Below are positions 9,894-17,787 of a stretch of DNA of 64,000 nucleotides, piece by piece. Origin of the DNA: Bacteroidia bacterium (lineage in GTDB: Bacteria; Bacteroidota; Bacteroidia; M30B66). The stretch's first letter is position 1. Every line of letters starts with the position of its first letter. Where the stretch lies: the NCBI GenBank assembly GCA_965279035.1, contig OZ257142.1, positions 2,848,001 to 2,912,000 on the forward strand, written 5' to 3'. Under the pieces are notes generated by a model that was not told the origin of the DNA, did no database searches, and was given only the letters and a program-made list of their open reading frames with translations. The position numbers were made by a program, and so were the translations under genes.

Positions 9894-11564
9894 TTATTTT
9901 CTTCTAGATTGTATATTCTTACCTAAGTTTATTTTCTTTTCACCAAGAAGCGCTTGAGATATTCCACTAATAATTGCTTGAGATGCATAATGTAAAAAAT
10001 AGCGTGAAGTGTCTCTTGTTGCACTTATATTACTTGTTCTTAAAAATCCTGATTGATCAGGATTTCGAACCTGAACAACCAGTTTATTTAGGAAGAATGA
10101 TGATAATTTCTTATGCATGATTGATTCTTTCTTGTGCCCTTTTAAATTATCTACGTTTAAATTATGATAGTTGAATGTCATTTTCCCACGAGCTACTTTC
10201 TCTCCTGCATGAAAATGGAAAGAAACACCATCGATATTACCTTGAGTAAATTGAATATTTAATGTATTTCGAACTAGCCCATTAAAGGCTGAAAAAGGCA
10301 TATTTCCTAAAGATCCATTGCAATCAAATGTTTTATTATTCTTTCCATAAGGGAAGATAAATTCCATGTTCAATTTTCCCGTATTCATAATTTGTGCATC
10401 CATATTTAATCGAATGAGTACTAATGAATTATCATTTGGATAATCAGATTTAAAATCATGAATGGCTATATTCATTTTATTCAAAAAGAGTTCACCCGGC
10501 TTTGATTGTTTAGGTGCAATCACACGAAAATGTGCAGATGCATTTTTAACAAATAGTGATTCGATTGATAATTGAATTGGAATATTTCGAATAATCTCCT
10601 GGAGTGTTAAACATGTTTTTGGAATAATTTTAATGTTATTATCTCTGTATGCTTCAATTATACCATCATTCAAATGAAGCTCCTTTAAATGAAGTTTTGC
10701 ATTTTCATTCATCAAATGCAATGGATTAAATCCAGAACAAATTATTTTGGGAATATGAATGGACGTGTAGGTTGATTGCCGGCCAGCTTTATCTCCAAAT
10801 TCTTCTGGTTCATAGATTGGATCTAAATTTAGAGAGTCGATGATAAGTAATGAGTCTAAATAATTAAAAGAAATTGAATTGCTTTTTAACGTATATAAAT
10901 CACTTTTAATTGGAAATTGAAAATGATTCAATTGAACATTAAATTTTGAAAATCCAAATTCAGGACTTAATAATGTATCATGAATCTTATAGTTAATATT
11001 CTGGATATCCAATTTAAATTGAGCTTCTGAAAGAGATTGATTCAGTTCGGTTCTAGCACCAATAATCTGCATTAGAATATTTTCAACATAAATCGAATTG
11101 ATAGAAATAGACTGAATTTGAGAATCAGAATTCTGTTTATTTTTCTCAAATGAATGATTAATTGGTTTCGAATTTATTTGTTTAGGAGATATGAATATTT
11201 GAGGATTCTTAAATAGTATTTTATCTATTCGAAGAGATTTGCTAGACCAAAAAGTAAATAAATTCAAATCAGTAAAACGAATACGATCTGCTTTAAAATC
11301 AATGGAATTAAATGAATGATCATCCTTATTAGTAGGCTTAAATGAAATCTTATTAAGATTAATTGATGATGATAAATACTGTATATCAATATCTTCAATA
11401 TCTAATTTATAATTTCCTTTGCTACGTTGATCAACTAATTCAACTAACTCATTTATGATTCTTTTTTTAATATATGAATGAATAAAAAATAAACTACCTA
11501 TAAATAAAATACAAAATAGGACTAACAAAAAAATAATTCGATGATATTTAGTTTTAGATTTCAT
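9894..11564 (-). CDS. AsmA/DUF748-like envelope protein
   Basis: N-terminal transmembrane helix followed by long beta-rich repeats of the type seen in Bacteroidota AsmA-like proteins. Confidence 0.55.
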   Translation of the reverse strand: MKSKTKYHRIIFLLVLFCILFIGSLFFIHSYIKKRIINELVELVDQRSKGNYKLDIEDIDIQYLSSSINLNKISFKPTNKDDHSFNSIDFKADRIRFTDLNLFTFWSSKSLRIDKILFKNPQIFISPKQINSKPINHSFEKNKQNSDSQIQSISINSIYVENILMQIIGARTELNQSLSEAQFKLDIQNINYKIHDTLLSPEFGFSKFNVQLNHFQFPIKSDLYTLKSNSISFNYLDSLLIIDSLNLDPIYEPEEFGDKAGRQSTYTSIHIPKIICSGFNPLHLMNENAKLHLKELHLNDGIIEAYRDNNIKIIPKTCLTLQEIIRNIPIQLSIESLFVKNASAHFRVIAPKQSKPGELFLNKMNIAIHDFKSDYPNDNSLVLIRLNMDAQIMNTGKLNMEFIFPYGKNNKTFDCNGSLGNMPFSAFNGLVRNTLNIQFTQGNIDGVSFHFHAGEKVARGKMTFNYHNLNVDNLKGHKKESIMHKKLSSFFLNKLVVQVRNPDQSGFLRTSNISATRDTSRYFLHYASQAIISGISQALLGEKKINLGKNIQSRRK

Positions 11565-11802
11565 TCATGTTAAAATAAACAGAATTACCGACAATATAAT
11601 TATAAGAAATTTAATATTCCTTATATAATTCACATTTCTTAAAACACAATCAAGATTTGATATAAATATAAGGTAGAAATAAATTATACGTGAAAAAAAC
11701 CCGATTAAAAACAGGAAAATTCACGGTCATTTCAAAGCTATTCACACTAGCTTGGAATTAAAATAAAGCTATTTTTATTTTAAAATAATCATTTAACAAT
11801 CT

Positions 11803-12840
11803 ATGAAAACAATCCGTATTCTTTCAATCGACGGTGGTGGCCTTCGGGGCGTAGTTCCACTTACCATTTTATCTGATATTCAACGAAGAATCCCCAATGC
11901 TCCAGAGCTTTGGAAATGTTTCGACCTTATTGCAGGAACTTCAACAGGAGGTTTAATAACTTCTGCCATGACCTTAGGTGATCGATCTACTGGAAAAGCC
12001 AAGTACACATTAAACGATATACTCAATGTATACATTAATAGAGGACATGAAATTTTTCCACATCATAATGTAATTGGGAATTTATTCCATAAAATAAAAG
12101 ATATCGCAAGACCAACATTTGATGATGATGGAATTGCAAAAGTATTTCGCGATGTAGTTGGAAATAGTAAAATTTCGGATTGCTTAACGAATATTTTGGT
12201 TAGTACCTATGATTTGAATAATAATATGCCTTTATTTTTTAAGTCGATCGACCATTTAGAAAACCCTGCATTGGATGCGGAATTATATAATATATGCCGT
12301 GCCACTTCGGCTGGTCCAACTTATTTACCAACGTATCGTTTTAATTATCCTAAAAATCCAGACAAAGAACTTCCTCATCGAAATTGTATCGATGGTGGTG
12401 TGTATGTGAATAATCCTTCCATGGCAGCACTATCCGAATTCATTAAGAATTTCAAACATTACGATCCAAGCATTGAGAAAAAGGAAGATATACATTATGA
12501 TAATATTTTTGTCCTTTCTATAGGTACAGGAACGTATTCAAGCTCTATTAAAGACGATGAAAGTGCCAATAAAGGAGAAATTTATTGGGCCAAAAATATC
12601 AGTGATATTATGATGCGCGGTGTGAATAAAACAACACACTATGAAATGTCGGAAATGATGGAAGAAGGAAATTATTTACGACTGACAATCAATATCGACA
12701 ATGAAGAACATGCTGATATGAGTAATTCAAGCCAAGAAACAATCGATTATTTAATCAATGCAACACAAACACAAGTGCTTCAGGATACAAAACTTATGAA
12801 TGATTTGGAAGCATTTTTAACGAAAAGTGGTTTAAAATAA
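11803..12840 (+). CDS. Patatin-like phospholipase
   Basis: ILSIDGGGLRG, GTSTG nucleophile, DGGV and LSIGTG motifs. Confidence 0.92.
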   Translation: MKTIRILSIDGGGLRGVVPLTILSDIQRRIPNAPELWKCFDLIAGTSTGGLITSAMTLGDRSTGKAKYTLNDILNVYINRGHEIFPHHNVIGNLFHKIKDIARPTFDDDGIAKVFRDVVGNSKISDCLTNILVSTYDLNNNMPLFFKSIDHLENPALDAELYNICRATSAGPTYLPTYRFNYPKNPDKELPHRNCIDGGVYVNNPSMAALSEFIKNFKHYDPSIEKKEDIHYDNIFVLSIGTGTYSSSIKDDESANKGEIYWAKNISDIMMRGVNKTTHYEMSEMMEEGNYLRLTINIDNEEHADMSNSSQETIDYLINATQTQVLQDTKLMNDLEAFLTKSGLK

Positions 12841-12848
12841 TGCCCGAT

Positions 12849-12894
12849 AAATTAAAGGTTGCTTTGTATAAAACGAAGCAGCCTTTAATTTTTA
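12849..12894. terminator. Terminator between convergent genes
   Basis: Hairpin AATTAAAGGTTGCTTTG...CGAAGCAGCCTTTAATT followed by a T-tract. Confidence 0.75.
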
Positions 12895-12911
12895 AGTCTC
12901 AATAGAATATT

Positions 12912-13487
12912 TTAATGAACCTCTTTGGTTTGTTTTGTTTCCGCCCCATTCAATTCTCTAAATGTTCCAATAATTTTCGACATATCAGACGAATGTTCAT
13001 TCTTCTTATCTTTCAACGTCCACAATAATACTTGATAATAGTGGCTTTTACCTTCCACTAATGCGTATTTAAAATAAGCATCTACTTTATTCGAAATCGC
13101 ATCATATTCAACCAATTTCGCTTTCAAATTGTGAATAGTTGTGTCTCGTTTTTCAGATTGATAACTTACTTCAACATTTGATTCGAAATTATCTAAAATT
13201 AATTTTGAATAACCATCCAAATTATTCTCATACAATCCTTGCAATGCATTATTATCCAATGCTTTTTGCATTTCATCTTTCGATTCATCAATTATTATAA
13301 TATAAAATTCTTTGAGTATATTTTTATATTGTAATGAAGCATTCTCATTCAAATCAGTTGAAACACTCAAGAAATCAGGCAAATCAATAGCATATTGATT
13401 CTTCACTTTTACCTCCTGCATTTTTGTAGCTTGATTACAAGAAAACAGAAATAAAATGCCAATAGAAACACTCAAATACTTGATCAT
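12912..13487 (-). CDS. Hypothetical lipoprotein
   Basis: Lipobox LFS-C; 191-aa ORF. Confidence 0.7.
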   Translation of the reverse strand: MIKYLSVSIGILFLFSCNQATKMQEVKVKNQYAIDLPDFLSVSTDLNENASLQYKNILKEFYIIIIDESKDEMQKALDNNALQGLYENNLDGYSKLILDNFESNVEVSYQSEKRDTTIHNLKAKLVEYDAISNKVDAYFKYALVEGKSHYYQVLLWTLKDKKNEHSSDMSKIIGTFRELNGAETKQTKEVH

Positions 13488-13619
13488 TTTTATTCAATTA
13501 AAAATCTGTTTCAATATTAATCATAATTGACGAAAACTAAAACGTGCATTTGAAATTTCTAAATTTCTTTGCCTTGATTCATAAACAAGATCATAGGTTA
13601 AAGTAATTATGTTGAATAT

Positions 13620-13706
13620 TTGGGCAGCATTCGCGCTTTACGCTGTACTCCGCGCCACCCTTTGCCAGCCTTTGGCGTGGTACACGCTTCAATCGCTGCT
13701 GCTTAA
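13620..13706 (+). ncRNA. Flavo-1-like RNA/repeat motif
   Basis: GC-rich island closed by TTGGGCAGCA/TGCTGCTTAA, with CGCGCTTTACG and GCTTCAATCGCT segments and an inner CCGCGCCA/TGGCGTGG hairpin. Resembles the Flavo-1 consensus as I recall it. Confidence 0.6.
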
Positions 13707-13878
13707 TTGATGCATGGAAAATCCTTAAACGATTGAAATATTGAAACGAATCTAAATGACACAAACACCTTGATTTATGAGAGATTCATAAACATGATTC
13801 ATTCCTGATTTTAGATTTTATTCGAGTGGATTATCCCAATAAACTCAATTACATTTGCATATACTGCTATTCAATAAA

Positions 13879-14592
13879 ATGAAAAGGCTCATAAAAAAAC
13901 TAGTACTTACTGAAAATCCCAAATCCTTATCTTCATCGAATGGAATAATAACTAAACGTATTCAAAACATCCGTGGCATTTGGAATAATGAACACCATGA
14001 TGATGTTGGAATTGAAAAACTATTTCGCTTAGTGTTAGCTACATCGCAATTCATTTTCCCCGGATTGTATGTGAAACATTTTTTTTCCAAGCAAGGCAGC
14101 GATTTCCAAGATTTAGCCATGGATTTTTATATCCTCGGCAAAGTTGTTTTACCAGTTACACTGTTGTATTTCTCCAATTGGATTCCCTATCCTATTTCAA
14201 TTTACATCATCATTTGGTTCCTATTAGAAACGCTCTTATACATTCCCACATTAATCTTTGCATCCGATTTCTTTTCTCGCCCTAGCTCCTATCGGCGTTC
14301 GATGCTTATGTTATTTTTTAATTACCTGGAAATTGCATTTGCTTACGCCTATATCTATTCCTGTGGAAATTATTTAAATCAAGCGTTCGAACATTGGTAC
14401 GATCCTATTTATTTCAGCATGGTGATATTATCTACAATCGGATTAGGTGAATATTACCCAATCACCGGAATTGGAAAACTACTTGTTTGTTCTCAATCGG
14501 TTATATTCTTAATGTTTGTTGTTTTATTCATCAATTTCTTTTCAAATAAAGTTGAAAGTCGTGGGTATTTCGATCATTCAAATAAAGATTAA
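13879..14592 (+). CDS. Potassium-channel-family (Ion_trans_2) membrane protein
   Basis: YFSMVILSTIGLGEYYPITGIGK pore region. A TACATTTG -7 box at 13850 supports ATG 13879. Confidence 0.8.
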   Translation: MKRLIKKLVLTENPKSLSSSNGIITKRIQNIRGIWNNEHHDDVGIEKLFRLVLATSQFIFPGLYVKHFFSKQGSDFQDLAMDFYILGKVVLPVTLLYFSNWIPYPISIYIIIWFLLETLLYIPTLIFASDFFSRPSSYRRSMLMLFFNYLEIAFAYAYIYSCGNYLNQAFEHWYDPIYFSMVILSTIGLGEYYPITGIGKLLVCSQSVIFLMFVVLFINFFSNKVESRGYFDHSNKD

Positions 14593-14642
14593 TTTGAATG
14601 GTTGAATTAAAATGAACGTAGTGAAAACAACAATTCAAAAAT

Positions 14643-16001
14643 TTAATTTTTCAAAATCCGGAATGTTCTCGAATCTGCTTTGGTCGATTTAACTTGAACG
14701 AAATACATTCCTTGATTCCAATAGTGTGTATCCAATTCTAGTGAAGTTGAATTTCCAGTAATTGATTCCAATTGCTGTCCAATACTAGAAAATACACACA
14801 CATTCCATGTTACATCTTGGGGCAAATTTTGAATACTCAAATGATCATTAAATGGTACAGGAAAAACACGAATTGATTTAAAATTGGAAGCAGGTTCAAT
14901 TCCTTGAATCGTGTTTTTAAATAATCGAATATAATCGACTTCCATTGTTGCAGGAAACACCGTTGTTGCATCTGGATTTCCTGGCCAATTACCACCAACA
15001 GCCACATTTAGAAGAAAGAAAAATGGTTTCGTAAAAATGGGAGTCGCATTTTGATAATTCGAATATTCGAATTCATAATAAGGCATACTATCAAGAAGAA
15101 ATTGTACGCTTACTTCATCCCAAATTATACCGTAAACATGAAAATCTTGCTCAATCATCGGCACAGAACTGCCTTTGTATGAATGCCCTGTTCCATTATA
15201 CCAATGCATGGTTCCATTCGTAAGCGATTCATTATTGATGTGTTCCATTATATCAATTTCGCCACATTGAGGCCAACCTACGTTTTCGTAATTCGCACCT
15301 AACATCCAGAATGCAGGCCAAATGCCTTGACCAATTGGAGCTTTTATTCGCGCTTCAATTTTACCGTATTGCACTTCCTGCAAATTATTACTTATAATGC
15401 GAGCTGATGAATAATCGCTGCCATTACTGTTTTCATTCCTCGCAGTAATTTTTAATGATCCATTACTTAATTCAATGTTCGATGGCGAATTGGTATAATT
15501 CTGCAATTCATTATTTCCCCATCCACTATTGCCAATCTCATAGCTCCAATTGTTGGAATTGAGCTGAGTTCCTTCAAATTCTTCCGACCAAACTTGATTC
15601 CATACTAGCGTATTCTCAGAAAGACAATCTGAGCACAAACCCCAACATACTGTATTTAAAATAACATCGGAAGTAACAGTTAATGTTCGATTACTAAACG
15701 TTCCATTCGTAATGGTACATCCTCCGGCATCGGATAGATTTTCTTGTCCAGTCCAACTATCAAATGAAAATTTATATTCGTAAGTACCTGAAGGTATTGA
15801 AATAGTTGTTTCCCAAATTCCATCTCCATTCGCATCCGATAGTGCATTGCAGTTGCCACACCAATTATTAAATGTTCCATTTACTTCGGGCAATGTAAAT
15901 CCCGAATATCCGCGCATGTTTAGTCGAAACGTTACTTGAAACGCATCACTATGAAATGGAAATAAAAACAACAGCGAAAATAGAAGAAAGCGAAATTTCA
16001 T
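14643..16001 (-). CDS. GH16 beta-1,3-glucanase-like hydrolase with N-terminal CBM48-like module and T9SS CTD
   Basis: WPAFWMLG and WPQCGEIDIMEH catalytic motifs; N-terminal GTFNNW...GTYEYKF; FPVPF CTD. Confidence 0.88.
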   Translation of the reverse strand: MKFRFLLFSLLFLFPFHSDAFQVTFRLNMRGYSGFTLPEVNGTFNNWCGNCNALSDANGDGIWETTISIPSGTYEYKFSFDSWTGQENLSDAGGCTITNGTFSNRTLTVTSDVILNTVCWGLCSDCLSENTLVWNQVWSEEFEGTQLNSNNWSYEIGNSGWGNNELQNYTNSPSNIELSNGSLKITARNENSNGSDYSSARIISNNLQEVQYGKIEARIKAPIGQGIWPAFWMLGANYENVGWPQCGEIDIMEHINNESLTNGTMHWYNGTGHSYKGSSVPMIEQDFHVYGIIWDEVSVQFLLDSMPYYEFEYSNYQNATPIFTKPFFFLLNVAVGGNWPGNPDATTVFPATMEVDYIRLFKNTIQGIEPASNFKSIRVFPVPFNDHLSIQNLPQDVTWNVCVFSSIGQQLESITGNSTSLELDTHYWNQGMYFVQVKSTKADSRTFRILKN

Positions 16002-16061
16002 AGAATAGAGCTTTGAAGCGAATATAGTAATTGTAAGCTCTACAATAAGTCCCTAGACCTA

Positions 16062-17663
16062 TTATTTTAAAAATACTTGACGAGTACTTTTTATGGTTCC
16101 ATTTACTTTTAATTGTAAACTATAAATTCCAGAATTTAATCCTAGTTCTTTTAAATCAATTTGCTCCACGTATTTGCCATAATCACGATGCTCATTTTTC
16201 ATAAATGATTTTTGAAGTTTTCCAGTCATATCATATAAATCCAAATCGAGAAGCGATGGACCGCGCAACTTGAATGAAACATAAACGAAATCGGAAGATG
16301 GATTGGGATAGTTTTCAAAAGAAAGTTTACCCAGATCCTTGGATTTGTTTGAATTAGTAATAATGTCCTGATAGCTGATTTTATGTGTCCAAATACTTAA
16401 TTGTCCATTATGTTGACGAGTCCAAATAGGCCGAACAATGCCATTGTGAGCAGTGATATTGGTATAATCGCCAAAAAACACCGAACTAATTGGATTGAAG
16501 GGTGATTCAGAAATGCGTTGATTGATAAATGTTGATCCACCGTCGTTCGATACTGCTAAATAAACATCGGTTGTATCGTCTGTATAATCGCGGCGATCGT
16601 AGAAAACGAAAAACAAATTCCCAGTAGTTTGATCAATCGTCATCCAAGTAAAAAATTGATTTCGGGTAGAAGTATCTGTATTAACGCGCGTTGGGCTACT
16701 CCATGAATTTCCACCATCGTCGGAGCGAACCAACCAGATATCGGTATTTTCAGTCCCATTGCGTTGATCTGACCAATTGATATAAATCGTTCCGCTGTTC
16801 GGTCCAGCACTTAAATCGCAGGTGATGACAGGCAATCCATTGACCCTTTCAAAGCCCGAAATGGTATAATTCCAACCACCGGGAATATCGCTGACAAAAA
16901 TTTCTTCATCTAACCATGTTTCACCTTGATCGAAAGAACGATTAAATACAATTCCATTAGGACCTGCCCATGAAACATAAATTTCCCCATTGGGTCCAAC
17001 AACAGGAATAGCACCTTCGACGGTATTGTCGCTATCGAGGCAATCTCCTGCTTGTTTGTTAATACGGTTAGGTGTTGTCCAAGTTAAACCCCCATCGAAG
17101 GATTTTGAAAAAAGAATGATGCTGCTATCGGTTGTAATTGTGCTATTGTATTGATCAAATTGTGTCCAAGTAAGGTACATGATGTTGTTGGTTCGGTCGA
17201 CGCAGCACCATTGTTTGTCTTGTTTTTTGGTGCTATTTAATCCTATAAAACTCCCGTTATTCCAGGTGGTTCCATTGTCGCTTGTTTTTTGACACACAAT
17301 ACGATCTATCCAAGTATTTCCGCCGCTTGGGTTAGATAAATGGAAGAAATAGAAATCACCGGCAGTATCAACAACAAGGCAGGGATCTCCCCAAACACCA
17401 TAGCTAGAACTGAGTGTATGATGAGTCCATGTTGAGCCGGTATCGTTACTCAAATAATAATTATTCAAATTAGCTCCAGCCACCAATACATTGGGGTGAT
17501 TGGGATCCATGATAATGGATGGTTCGTTTGGATTGTTGGTATTGGAAATTAAAACGTTTTGCGATTGTAACTGAGCAATAATACAAACACACATTGCGCA
17601 GAGTATAAAACGGACCATTTGCAAAAGAAAATAGGAAATGGAAAGGTAGTTTTTGTTCAGCAA
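16062..17663 (-). CDS. BNR/Asp-box (sialidase-fold) protein with T9SS CTD
   Basis: Repeated Asp boxes (SDNGTTW, SFDGGLTW, SFDQGETW, SDDGGNSW, SNDGGSTF); YPNPS CTD. The true start may be about 17618. Confidence 0.85.
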   Translation of the reverse strand: MLNKNYLSISYFLLQMVRFILCAMCVCIIAQLQSQNVLISNTNNPNEPSIIMDPNHPNVLVAGANLNNYYLSNDTGSTWTHHTLSSSYGVWGDPCLVVDTAGDFYFFHLSNPSGGNTWIDRIVCQKTSDNGTTWNNGSFIGLNSTKKQDKQWCCVDRTNNIMYLTWTQFDQYNSTITTDSSIILFSKSFDGGLTWTTPNRINKQAGDCLDSDNTVEGAIPVVGPNGEIYVSWAGPNGIVFNRSFDQGETWLDEEIFVSDIPGGWNYTISGFERVNGLPVITCDLSAGPNSGTIYINWSDQRNGTENTDIWLVRSDDGGNSWSSPTRVNTDTSTRNQFFTWMTIDQTTGNLFFVFYDRRDYTDDTTDVYLAVSNDGGSTFINQRISESPFNPISSVFFGDYTNITAHNGIVRPIWTRQHNGQLSIWTHKISYQDIITNSNKSKDLGKLSFENYPNPSSDFVYVSFKLRGPSLLDLDLYDMTGKLQKSFMKNEHRDYGKYVEQIDLKELGLNSGIYSLQLKVNGTIKSTRQVFLK

Positions 17664-17668
17664 AGAAC

Positions 17669-17735
17669 AAGCATGAGCGATAGCAATGGAATATATAGCG
17701 CGCTTGCCGCAGCTTTTGCGAAGGCAACATGCCCT
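17669..17735 (-). ncRNA. Second Flavo-1-like motif (short variant)
   Basis: Minus strand reads GGGCATG-TTGCC...GGCAA-GCGCGCTAT...CATTGCTATCGCT-CATGC: a closing stem plus the same conserved blocks as 13620-13706. Confidence 0.5.
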
Positions 17736-17741
17736 GAAAAT

Positions 17742-17769
17742 AAAAAAGCCCTAGATTTCTCTGAGGCTT
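17742..17769 (-). terminator. Terminator after the minus-strand S8 peptidase gene
   Basis: Minus strand AAGCCTCAGA-GAAA-TCTAGGGCTTTTTT. Confidence 0.7.
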
Positions 17770-17787
17770 CTTCAAAATTTACTTGAA

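Noticed and set aside
11803-12840. Patatin as a CBASS CapV-type defence effector
   Set aside because: No CD-NTase or other defence gene is adjacent; it is a solitary gene with its own terminator.
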